64,000 nt of DNA, from NCBI RefSeq assembly GCF_018977255.1, contig NW_024704742.1, forward strand, positions 52,020,001-52,084,000, read 5' to 3'. Shown piece after piece: positions 37,189 to 48,251 of the stretch. Under the pieces are notes generated by a model that was not told the origin of the DNA, ran no database searches, and worked only from the letters and a program-made list of their open reading frames with translations. This DNA comes from Callorhinchus milii. Its lineage: Eukaryota. A program made the position numbers and the translations under genes. The stretch's first letter is position 1; every line of letters starts with the position of its first letter.

Positions 37189-38348
37189 AGATAGATAGAG
37201 CCAACTATATACTGCAAAAACAAGAAAAGAAAACATTTCTGTGCCCACTACAATTCAACCTCAGTAGGAATAAACTAACTCCTTTCTGGTTGTAAATTTA
37301 TATGTAAGTGTTTTATGAGGCAAGGTAGAAATCATAATGTAGAACCCTTCATTATAATATGTGTGCCTATGATGTGTGGACCCGACATTTACTTACTAAC
37401 AAATCCAAAGTGAGCAGAATCAGGTGACTTGCCTTAAAAGCCAGCAAGAATCCTGTGCGCTAATCAAAGATCCTATGGTATCCTATGGTACTTTTTGAAT
37501 AGTGTCCACCTGAACAGGCAGACGGGACCTCGGCTTTAACGTCTCATCGAAAGCACCTCCAACAACGCAACTTACCCCTAGCACTGCATTGGCATGTCAG
37601 TTTAGATTATATGATTCCAAGTCCCAATGTGAGGCTTGAACCCTCAACCTTCTGACTCAGAGGCGAGAACGCTACCACTGCACCAAGCTGACACATAGCT
37701 CGCAAATACAGTGATTGTTATTCAAACAGCCAGAACAACTGAACCAGAGAATAAATTATGGCATTTACTATTATATATCGCTACCAAATCACATAGTTTA
37801 ATACAGAAATTAAACAGAAAAAAACAGTCAGATTTTTAACATTAAGAGATTCAGTGGGGGATAAAAAGATAAACTAGACCCCAATTAAATTCATTCAATA
37901 CTGTAGTGGGCTAGCTTTTGCTATACTGCAATTTTTTGACATTCTCTGATGCCTCATTCATGCTTAAGGTTATTCAATTAGTTCTGCAGGACATAACATG
38001 ATGACAAGGCAGCTGAAAGTTTGTTATTTTACTGCTGGCGTTTTGGGTTAAGTTTTGCAACATCTGCTGTTTGAGATAGATAGAGCCAACTATATACTGC
38101 AAAAACAAGAAAAGAAAACATTTCCGTGCCCACTTTAATTCAACCAGTAGGAATAAACTAACTCCTTTCTGGTTGTAAATTTATATGTAGTGTTTTATGA
38201 GGCAAGGTAGAAATCATAATGTAGAACCCTTCATTATAATATGGGTGTGCCTATGGGGTGTGGACCCGACATTTACTTACTAACAAATCCAAAGTGAGCA
38301 GAGTCGGGTGACTTGCCTTAAAAACCAGCCAGAATCCTCTGCGCTAAT
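37189..38348. repeat. Direct duplication of ~275 bp (37189-37464 and 38074-38348)
   Basis: Both copies read agatagatagagccaactatatactgc...gcgctaat with scattered substitutions and small indels. Confidence 0.92.
37470..37696 (-). mobile_element. Deu-domain SINE 5' half
   Basis: ccacctgaacaggcagacgggacctcggctttaacgtctcatc... plus head. Confidence 0.85.
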
Positions 38349-40149
38349 AAATGGCTGACTTCCAGGCCATCAGGTTACTTGACCAGCAGGAACATAATGG
38401 CCTGGAAGTTGGCCATTTTGGCTTTTCGTACTAAAAATCGGTTAACATTTCAGTCACTGCAAACATCATTTTCAGTGTGATTGGCATATGCAGCACAGAG
38501 GAAATGGCATTGACCATGAACCGATGACCTGAAAGTCAGCCTTTTTTTAGTACAGAAAAATGGCCTACACACATGAAGCTCTCCACATAAGCGCAGTGAG
38601 TGTAGAAGCCTGGATCTTCTGTTAGTGCTGGTTGAGATTTTATTCCCCACCCCACCACAAGAACACTGTGTTGTATAACTGTGTTGTTCTATTACATTAG
38701 CCGCTGGTGGCTTTTGTTGTGCTTAAAATCTGCAGTTTTTAATTATTTGTTTATTGATGACTTTTGAAATGACTTATAGTACTATGTTCATGAAGAATTT
38801 CCTAATACTGCAGGCAAAGATGAAACCTGAAAGTAATAATAATAATCCTTGTCTTATCACGTCATTGAGACGTCGCAAAGAGCTTCACAGAATATATTGT
38901 AAAGTGGATTAACTGTGTATTTGTGGGGGAAATGCGGCAGCTAATTGCACACAACGGTATCCCACAAACAGTCGGCGATTGAGTGACCAAATTTGGGGTA
39001 ATAAACCCCATTCTAAAGGACTTTACAGACCTCTTGCCCCACAGACTGATGTTTTCATAAGTCTGTTTTGATAACAAAAAAAATGGTAATTTAGAGCAGG
39101 AAACTTTAATTTTTCCTGTTCATCACTGATCATCCAGAGAGCACAAAGTGAAAGTGACATTGTTCTGACCACATCTGTTGACCTTACTTATGCTGACTGT
39201 CACAACCGTGCACTTACAGTAGTAAGTTTAGCTGCCTTGCAGATATTTTTAGTGACTTGCCACTGATCCCAGTTTGCAAATTCTGAACTGTGGTCTATAA
39301 CCCTGAAGGAACAAGAAGAAAACCAAGAAGAATTACACCCTATTCAGTCATGTTTTTCTTCTCTTCATTGCAAAGTTGATTGTATTTAATGTCAAAACTG
39401 CTTAAGACACACTCTAAACCCCAGATACAAAACACTTTTAAACACTTAAACCTTAGGTGATTTATATTTTCGCTCCAACTACTCAAATGAACAAAAAAAN
39501 CATCTGCCTCATATGTTATTAATTGTTTTTAATTCCCAGATGATTTCACCCTTACCAAACTACAGGATTGTCTCCTACTCTAATGGCTACAATATTTTAC
39601 AATGGACCATTTGTAGAAATGGGTATTTTCTGACCTGCAATGAACTTGAATTTTCTTTGTTTAAATATTTCTACTCTTTAAGTTAACCTCATCTCTGCTG
39701 AAGTTGAATTTTGTGACTTGACAGAAGAAAGCGTGGAGGACAAATCTTGAAAATGTGTTTTGACAGGGAAGAGGAGTTTACAATTCAAGTAGATGACTCT
39801 GTTTGCCCCGACACGACCTCCTAGATAGAACGGGCATTACTGACACATTTTGAGTATGTCATAAGCTAAAACAACCCTCATTGAACTAGTTATTATGGAG
39901 CAACAAATTTGCTACTAGCTACAGTACTTTTCTTAGTGACTAATTCTTTGACCTATGCAATGTGATGGCAGGGCAGCACATCAATTAGTCAAGATTGAGG
40001 ATCGCAATAAATTATAAGAACACAGTCATTAAAAATATATAACCATAAGTGGTTTCTTGTATTCTTGTAAGAGGGTGTTGATAAATCATGAGAACAAGTT
40101 GGTAAACAGTGGGTTTTGTTTGTGGCAAATATTAGTGAGATGCTCAAAT

Positions 40150-40597
40150 ACAACAACAACAACAACAAGATTCCATTTATTGAGTGCCTTTCACGTCGGG
40201 AGGACGTCCCAAGGCGCTGTACAGTTGGGTCAGGACCCGAGCAGGGGGGAAATGGTCAGGGGGGAGGGAAGGGAGGGAGCGAGGAGGGGGTAGAGAGTCG
40301 AGAGGGGAGCTGAAGGCATGGTCAAAGGGGAGGGTCTTGAGACCGGCCTTGGAGGAGGAAATGGAGGAGGCGGCGAAGGCACTGGGGGATAGAGTTCCAG
40401 AGCCTCGGGGCTGAGAGGCTGAAGGCCCGGCCACCGATGGTAGGGCGGTTGGGGCGGGGGATGTGGAGTAGACCGGAGCCAGAGGAATGGAGGGTATGGG
40501 CAGGTAGGTAGGGGGATAGTAGGTCGGAGAGGTAGGAGGGAGCGAGGCCGTGAATGGCCTTGTAGGTGAGGATGAGGATGAGGATCTTGAATTTGAA
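40150..40597 (-). mobile_element. Young L2 LINE 3' fragment
   Basis: Same sequence as 47789-48251 with few differences; (CAA)n tail. Confidence 0.93.
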
Positions 40598-42460
40598 AAC
40601 TTACAGTAGCTGTACGTTTACACCAGAGCCAGAACTGCAGAAAGTCAGCTTCAAAATTAAGACAGAATGTAGAATTTACCAATACTGTTATGACCACAGG
40701 CTCAAGGCTAAGATTCTGTTGAATTTCAGGCCTTAAGGTCCCACAAGCAATCTTTGACAGTCCAAATATTATTGAGTAATCTTGAATGACAGAAGCCTAG
40801 TCAAAAAACATGCTGTTATGTTTTCTTTGATCATTGTGAGACCTCAAAAGATTTATGTAGGTTTCCAACTATAATTCTTTTGATCAGGTGCAGACTGAAT
40901 TCTTGTAAATATAATAATAATAATCCTTACATTTGATATAGCGCTTTTCACGTCTTCTCAACGTTTCAAAGCGCTTCACAGAATATGCTGTAAAGTGAAT
41001 TGACCGAATATTTGTGGGCGATACGCGGCAGCCAATTGCGCACAGCAGTGTCCCACAAACAGTCGTGGATTGAAAATGACCAATTTATTATTGATTTGTT
41101 TTGGAAGGGTTATTATTATAAATAGGGCCTTAACGTTCCAAATCAAAGGAATTTTTAAATAATCCAGGCAGTATGTTTAGCCACTGAACAGACAAGAGCT
41201 TTAAAATAAAATAATTTCCATGGAAAGAGACCATAGTTACTTGTGAACCACTTTGGGATATGTTGATTTGATAAGACTTAAAATACACATTTTTTAAAAA
41301 GATAAATCCCTCATACAATATTCTACTGATATAATTAAAACTGTGGCAATAAACTAATATATTAGTTTACTAGCAATAAACTAATATACTAGGATTCTTA
41401 TGTTCCAAATGTTACTCTTTTCATACTAAGGAATGATTTGATTTATTACATAAGTAAACAGGATTTCAATGTTCATTGGCACATTTTTTTGGCAAGATCA
41501 AACAGGACAAATGAAAGAGAGGAATGAAGAAAGCATGTACAACCAGAACAGCTGCTTTAAACATCAAAGGTCATCATATCAATTTGAACAGATGAAGCTT
41601 TACCAGAGATTATACATTGGGGCAGAGATGATAGAAGCAGCCAGTGGAGGTTGGTACTCTTTGTTGTGATTCCCTGAAGTCTGGACTGGATCCCAACTAG
41701 TATCTCAAGCCAATAAAGATGCTGCCTCCAGCTTTCCCATCACAAGAGATGTTGACATTTTGGTGAGATTTCATTTAAGTTATGCATCATTCCAGATTTA
41801 GCTAATAGTGGCCGAGTTTCTGCTTCAAAAGCAGATTGACTTGTTTTGTAAATCGCTTTATTAAAATATCTACTGCTTCCAAATTTCTAGCATCAAATTT
41901 ACAAACATTATAGCTAGTTTACAATAAGAAATAGATTTGCTACCGGAGGCAAATCTAAAATGCTTGTATTTGTTGTACTCAAAATCCACAGATCATATCA
42001 ACCCTCAATGTTCACTGGTGATAAATATAGGAGTATATATACAAAATAAACCCATATTGTTATGTTTTGAATTTATAAAGGGTCAAAAAGGAAAGTTATT
42101 ATATTTCACCTATTGATTTACTATGTCTATAGAATTACTAATCAAAAGCTAGAACAGCTGGCAGTGTGAAAATACGTAGAGAATATTCTATCCATCAACT
42201 ATCCAAATTAAGTAAACATTGCACTTTGATCATGAGTCAGGCACTTTTGATATTCATTTCAAAATTAGGATCAAGTATCATTTTAACAGCCTTTTTAACA
42301 TTGAGAATTACTGATTGTTAATCGTTCAATAGCTGAAAAATCTGTCAGTAGGACACTCACTCGGCAACATTTTCTCTCAACTTACTTTAAATAGCACTGT
42401 TAAATTTCAAAATATAACCTTCTGTTTTACTCGCTTAAATAAAAGTACACATATCTGCAG

Positions 42461-42735
42461 CTTGAGTCACATGCGCAATATTAATGCATTGAGTCACGTG
42501 GAATAATATCAAAGAACAGAGACACACGGTACAATATTAATTCACGATTCACATGGTTGAATAACAAAGCGGTCAAGTGGGACAATGTGAATCTATTCTG
42601 AGTCACGAGGTACTGTATCAATCTAGACTGAGTCACGTGGTACAATAACAATGTAAACTCAGTCACACAGTACAATATCAAGGCTCACTGAGTCATGTAG
42701 TACAATATCAAAGTACTGTACTGAGTCACACAGTA
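42461..42735. repeat. Degenerate ~24-33-bp tandem array, about 10 units, consensus near CTGAGTCACRTGGTACAATATCAA(N)5-8
   Basis: TGAGTCA at 42463, 42490, 42599, 42629, 42689 and 42722; variant units at ~42518, 42545, 42569 and 42659. Confidence 0.85.
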
Positions 42736-43126
42736 ATAATCTTTGCATTTGATATAGCTCCTTATCACATCTTCGAGACGTTTCAAAACAATATCAATGC
42801 ACATAGCCACTTCAGTATGTTAACTGACGTGTTTTCCCATTTTTTACACATACATGTACAGAAGCAACTTACTGCTCAGCCACTTTTCACTTACTTAAAA
42901 TGGTTGAAAAGTGTTCCTCAATTTCAAATAAACAAAGAGAACAAAAAAATAGATTATAATATTGCCTTAACTCAGACATTTTTGCCACACACCTCTAATA
43001 TTTGCCTCAATTTCTCCAATGCATTCCTCGCAAATCTCAACTCCACCTTTCACAAAGTCCAATTAATTGAAAACTTTGTGATCCATAGCCTCACCTGTAC
43101 CAAACTCCACACAATAACAAATTGGC

Positions 43127-43435
43127 GAGTCCTGTAGCTCTGTAGTTACAGTGCTCGCCTCGCAAGCGAGAGACCTAGGTTCGATTCCCAGCAGGGCAAA
43201 ACCTTGGGCAAGTTTCCTTACTCCACACACCTGATAATAATCCCTCAAGAAAAGAATAATAAATTGTTCACTTCAATCCACAACTGCTTGTGAGACACTG
43301 CTATGTTCTGTTGGCTGCTACGTTTTGCCCACAAGTATACAGTCAATTCACTTTACAGTATATTCTGTGAAGCGCTTTCAGATGTCTAGAAGACGTGAAA
43401 AGCACTATTTCAAATGCAAGGATTATTATTATTAT
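43127..43435 (+). mobile_element. tRNA-Ala-headed SINE, full-length short form
   Basis: gagtcctgtagctc...ctcgcctcgcaagcgag...ggttcgattccc; (tta)n tail. Confidence 0.93.
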
Positions 43436-43442
43436 ATTTTAA

Positions 43443-43665
43443 ATTACATTTGTGTAGCACCTTTCACGTTGTGAGGACATCCTAATGCGCTGGACAATGA
43501 GAGTTTTGCACCTATTTTGCAGGATGGGATCAGAGTGGTAACGAGGCCAAGGGGGATGGAGGAGGAAAGATGACCAAATGCACGGTCAAAGAAGAAGGTC
43601 TTGAGTTGGGCCTTAAAGGAGGCAGGGGAGGGGGCGAGGTGGAGGGGTTTCAGGATGGAGTTCCA
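43443..43665 (-). mobile_element. L2 3' fragment
   Basis: WNSI...SFKAQLKTFFFDRAFG plus tail. Confidence 0.85.
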
Positions 43666-43672
43666 CATGAAC

Positions 43673-44083
43673 TCCATCATCTCAGTCCTTGCCAAGCTCC
43701 AAACAGAACAGGTTGATCTCAAGATGCTCACACTCAGGTACAAATCACTTCATATCCTATAACCTTCCTACATCCCCAACGCCTCTACTTGCCCCATCTC
43801 TCGGCCAACTCAGGCCTTCTGCTCTTTCCCCCAATCCTCTGCTCCACCAACTGTGGCCGAGCCTTCGGCCACAATGCCCAAACTTCTGGAACTCCCTGCC
43901 TCAATCCCTCGGCCTTTTCCTCTCTTTACCCATCTTCAGCTCGCACCGAAGATTTTCCTCTTTGATCACTCTCCACTCTCTGCCCAGTTCAGCAGCGAAG
44001 TGTACACCATAGTTCAGCCTTCCAAGCACGTGACCTTGTGTGAATGGCGCTATATCAGTGCAAGTGGTTGTTTGTTGTGTTGT
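43673..44083 (+). mobile_element. L2 3' fragment, back-to-back with the previous copy
   Basis: gtggccgagccttc...ctggaactccctgcctcaatccctc, with tail ggcgctatatcagtgcaagtggttg. Confidence 0.8.
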
Positions 44084-44212
44084 AATATTACTCCATTAAC
44101 AAATCCAACAACACCTTTTGTGATTTGCACGCTTTTATCTATCGGACGATGGAACATTTTCCAGAGATTGTTTGTGAGGAAACACAGTTTTTCTTGTTAG
44201 CCTTTAGGGAAT

Positions 44213-45052
44213 TCAGAACAAGTTTCAAAATCATTCTACGGTCGTCAATACAACAATTTTTGCTCTTCTGAACTGTCTTCCTCTGAGTGACCCACATTAT
44301 AACAACAGGATTTCTGCGCATGGGTGTCCTTGCCTGGCGAACCAGGGGAAAAAAAAACCCTGGCAGCACAGCCTCTTAAACCTATCAACCGATTTGATGT
44401 ATTTAATCAAATCCTTCTCAGGCAAGCCATTTAGCGGGACTTCCGAGCTACAAATAAATCCGACCGCCGGCCTTCCGAAATGTGTGGCTTCCAGGCGATT
44501 TACACTATGTGAAATACGCTAAGATGGGTACTTGTCGCCAGGTGTTGTGTAGGTGAGCATGTCACGCTCCCAGGAAAGGAGAAAAGCCCTGAGGCGATGC
44601 AGCTAACCCTTTTGTACAGCCTGCAGTGCCCGAAAGGTGCGGCAAGATCAGCAAAACAGCAGCGATGTCCCTGGCAACAATCTGGTTACCTGATTCTCTT
44701 TGGAGTTTGGCAGACCTGACAAAAGAAACACACCCCAGTCACGTTTGCCCTTCGCTCTTCTGCTCCAAGGCGGTGTGATTTTTACAGCCTCATCTCATTG
44801 CTCATGTTGTCAACTCAGATCGAGTTTCAGATGCAGTTATTGTCAATAACGAGGGTTTTTTTTTTTGGGGGGGGGGGGGGGGGGGGCTTCTCTCAACTGT
44901 TTTGCTCTGAGCAGATCCTCACTGTAACAACAGGGTTTCTGTGCCTGGCTGTTGGTTGCTGCCTCTGGCAAACCAGAGAAAAAAAAACCCTGACAAGCAC
45001 AGCCTCTTAACCCTATTACCAACAGAGTTGATGCATTAAATCAGATCCTTCT
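44213..45052. repeat. Diverged direct duplication (~44213-44418 and ~44815-45052)
   Basis: Shared agtttca...gtcaata...aactgt...ctctgag...taacaacagg...aaaaaaaaaccctg...agcacagcctcttaa...atccttct. Confidence 0.8.
44690..44715 (-). other. Candidate 26-nt exon (likely UTR)
   Basis: Minus strand: gtgtgtttcttttgtcAG|gtctgccaaactccaaagagaatcag|GTaacc, lying in a CpG-retaining shoulder ~700 bp into the intron. Confidence 0.35.
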
Positions 45053-45423
45053 GGTTTTCAAGACAATTCCTGCAACACTCCTTCCCTCTCTCTCTCTCCC
45101 CCCTCACCCACCCCCCACCTCTCGCCTAATTCCTTTGCAGGAGCTATAAGAGGGGGAGCGTTGGCCATGTGGGAAGTTACAAGCGAGGAATGGAAAGCAA
45201 TGCAATGCAATGCAATATTGCTTTGAATTCTGCATAAAAACGGCACAGCTGTAACCCCGCGACGGTACATGCATTGCCCTCCCTCTCCCCCTCTCTCTCT
45301 CCCCCCCTCCCTCCCTCCCTCTCCCCCTCCCATTTGGGGCGCACGGGTTCGATGGGGATATTATACGGATCCATCGCATGTGTTTAAACACGGCTCGAAA
45401 TACAATGTGTTGCAGAAACTTAC

Positions 45424-45760
45424 CTGTCACCCGCAGCTCCAGTTAATGACAGCGCTTCTCGACAAGGAACCGAGTCAAAATCTTCCCCTGAACACACACA
45501 CACACACACACACACACGTGTGTCTCTCTCTCTCTCTCTCTCTCAGCAAACTGGAGGTCGAGAAGGAATTCTATGCATTGCTTAAAGGACGCAGTGCGTT
45601 TGCTGCTGTGCTGGTGCTGGTGGTGCCAGGCGCGGGCGGGCGGGGCTGCCCTGCCCTGCCAGGCTGCCAGGCTGCCGGGCTGGTGACTCAGGTGCCCACA
45701 CACCTGCCTGGCAGCGCCTGACCCGCTGCTCAGTGAGTGACAGCGGCAGCGCTGGTGCAG
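45424..45760 (-). other. Probable non-coding first exon (5' UTR) of an unidentified gene; 5' boundary (TSS) is a guess
   Basis: Minus strand reads ...gcgggtgaCAG|GTAAGTtt, a perfect U2 donor inside the CpG island. The only ATG noticed opens an 11-aa uORF (45578-45543). No recognisable protein. Confidence 0.6.
45492..45544. repeat. Compound (AC)n-GTGTGT-(CT)n microsatellite in the putative first exon
   Basis: Read directly from the sequence. Confidence 0.95.
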
Positions 45761-45780
45761 AGCTTCCAGGCGGCTCCGCC

Positions 45781-45815
45781 CTGACTGACTGACTGACTGA
45801 CTGACCGACCGACCA
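45781..45815. repeat. (CTGA)n(CCGA)n tetranucleotide repeat
   Basis: ctgactgactgactgactgactgaccgaccgacc. Confidence 0.9.
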
Positions 45816-45966
45816 GTCGCTGCCAATCATCCACCGCCTCCCGGGCCGCCCGAGCCAGGTGTGAGGGAGGGGCTGATCCCACCCCTTCCCCTCCCGCCAG
45901 CTGCTCCTTATTCAGCACTCCGCGGCTCCTGTCCTCTCCCGCTCCAGGCTCCGCGAACCGATCCCC

Positions 45967-46065
45967 CCTCGCCCTCGCCCGGCCTCGCCCTCGCCCGGCC
46001 TCGCCTGGCCTCGCCCGACCTCGCCCTCGCCCGGCCTCGCCCTCGCCCTCGCCCGGCCTCGCCGG
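45967..46065. repeat. (CCTCGC)/(CCGG) GC-rich short tandem repeat
   Basis: cctcgccctcgcccggcctcgc... repeated over ~100 bp. Confidence 0.9.
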
Positions 46066-46076
46066 CTCCTCACCCG

Positions 46077-46370
46077 CAAGAGAATCCAGTTCAAAACCCT
46101 CGCTCTCACCGTCAAAGCCCTCCGAGGGTCTCGCTCTCCCCTGTATCTGGACCTCCTAACCCCATATCGGCCTGTCCGCTCCCCCCACTCGGCGGACACC
46201 AGGCTGCTTCGGGTCCTCCGCACTTCCCACCCCACCACTGGCGGCCGGGCATTCAGCATCTCTGCCCCCACTCTCTGGAACTCTATCCCGCAATCGCTCT
46301 CCCTCACCCCCTCTCTTGCCTCCTTCAAGTCCTGTCTGAAGACCTTCCGCTTCGACTGTGCCTTCAGCCA
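46077..46370 (+). mobile_element. L2 ORF2 C-terminal fragment at the edge of the CpG island
   Basis: Reads RIQFKTLALTVKAL...GGRAFSISAPTLWNSIPQSL...SFKSCLKTFRFDCAFS; retains many CpGs. Confidence 0.85.
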
Positions 46371-47788
46371 CTCGAAGGTGTGAGGGGCAGGGAAGCCAGG
46401 GGCTGGCACGGGTGTGAAGGCAGAGGAAGGAGGGGCGCTGCGTTATATGGTATACAGGAGGATGTGAGATGGAGCAAATAAGGATGTGGGTTGGGCAGTA
46501 TAATTGGGCTGCGGGTCATCTGGGATATTTGGATACAGTGTGAGTAATACTGTTTGTAAATCATACAGAATTATGGATAAGGTTACTAGGTGTAATGTTT
46601 GGTGTCAGAAATAAATTATGGGTGTGAATAATGATTAATATAGGCATTCGTGTGTAATTTTGATAAACACAATGTTTCTTTGAATTGCATGTAACAGCCT
46701 TGAAAAGATGTAACTGAGTAAAACTGGAGGCGAAGATCAAACTTATTTTTCCAGCTTCTGTTTGCGCAGCAGACGTGTCCAAATGACAGCAGTTCCAGGC
46801 TATTTCATCTGGAGCAACATAAAGGATGGAAGGCAGAGGATTAAAGAAGCAGCAATGTTAAGTTTTCTGTTATTTCTGGCTATGATTTTTCATGCAGCAT
46901 GTTCTTGAGGGAAGTTAACAACCATTTCAAAAACTTGTTTAACGATTCATTGGAGAATACAGAATATGATGAGATGTTTCCCCACGTCTGACTTTTTGGG
47001 TCCTGAGTGGTGTTAACTGCTAAAAGTGATACATATGATAAATTGTTGCTCCTTATCATTTGTTTCAGTTATACCATAAAACAGGAAAGTAGATAAAGTG
47101 ACAAAAGTGATATTTTAATTGTGGAGTAGTTTAATTCTTTTTCCACAGTGCTTTATGCCCTGAGCTATGCCATCATTGCCACTAAATGTGGCACATAACT
47201 AATAGAAAATGTTAGATAATATATTGTTTTAACTGAATAAATAAATCCACAGTTCTGAAACAATGGTGGTTCAAAACACAACACGGAGCAGCACAACACA
47301 ACAGTTATGCTGTTCAAAAGCTGAGTTAGAAAAAACAAAATAACTATGTATAAAGAGATGCAATCAGTTATTGAAAGGGTCAAAGATCAAGCCACAGATC
47401 TATCGCATAACCATAAATCGAATGCCCTCATACTGTCACAGGGAGAAAATATTCTAATTTGCTTTCCAATCATGATAATAAATGAAATTGCAGGAACCCT
47501 TTTTAAGTTGAGGCACAAATTATTTTGCTTGTTTTGTATATATCGGATTAAGTTACTTGCTAAACAACAGATGTGACAGTACAGCATAAAATTGAATGGA
47601 GTTTAGCAATAATGAACTCTCAGTTGCTCATAGTTGGGTGATTAGATCACCAATATAGATATTTAGGATGTGTGTACATTATTGGAAAGAGTCATGAATG
47701 ACAGGAAATTATCAATGTAATTATATGTATTATATTCAATTCTGATTAAAAATGGCCGGTTTGGGTAACATAAACATAAGTATACAGT

Positions 47789-48251
47789 ACAACAACAGCA
47801 ACAACAACAAGATTCCATTTATTGAGCGCCTTTCACGCCGGGAGGACGTCCCAAGGCGCTGTACAGTTGGGTCAGTACCCGAGCAGTGGGGAAATGGTCA
47901 GGGTGAGGGGAGGGAAGGGAGGGAGGGAGGGAGGAGGGGGTAGAGAGTCGAGAGGGGAGCTGAAGGCACGGTCAAAGAGAAAGGTTTTGAGACCGGCCTT
48001 GAAGGAGGAAAGGGAGGAAGCGGCGAAGGCACTGGGGGATAGAGTTCCAGAGCCTCGGGGCTGAGAGGCTGAAGGCCCGACCACCGATGGTAGGGCGGTT
48101 GGGGCGGGGGATGTGGAGCAGACCAGAGCCAGAGGAACGGAGGGTACGGGCAGGTAGGTAGGGGGATAGTGGGTCAGAGAGGTAGGAGGGAGCGAGGCCG
48201 TGAATGGCCTTGTAGGTGAGGATGAGGATCTTGAATTCGAAGTCAGAATCC
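47789..48251 (-). mobile_element. Young L2 LINE 3' fragment
   Basis: FKILILTYKAIHGLAPSYLSD...GGRAFSLSAPRLWNSIP; (CAA)n tail on the plus strand; near-identical to the 40150 and 63169 copies. Confidence 0.93.

Larger units (their letters stand above)
45230..46260. promoter_or_regulatory. CpG island / probable promoter of a minus-strand gene
   Basis: Abrupt GC- and CpG-rich stretch in an AT-rich, CpG-depleted window. Contains CCAAT (~45823), GC boxes (gggcgg ~45634-45643, ccgccc ~45776), TGACTCA (~45684) and an adjacent consensus donor at 45424. Confidence 0.8.

Noticed and set aside
39490..39510. Single N after an A run
   Set aside because: Assembly ambiguity, not biology.
42461..42735. CRISPR-like repeat/spacer array
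   Set aside because: Vertebrate context, degenerate repeats, variable parts only 5-8 bp, and no cas genes. It is a minisatellite.
45861..46481. 206-aa Pro/Arg-rich ORF and overlapping ORFs in the CpG island
   Set aside because: Open frames arise from GC-rich tandem repeats and an out-of-frame L2 fragment; no domain similarity.
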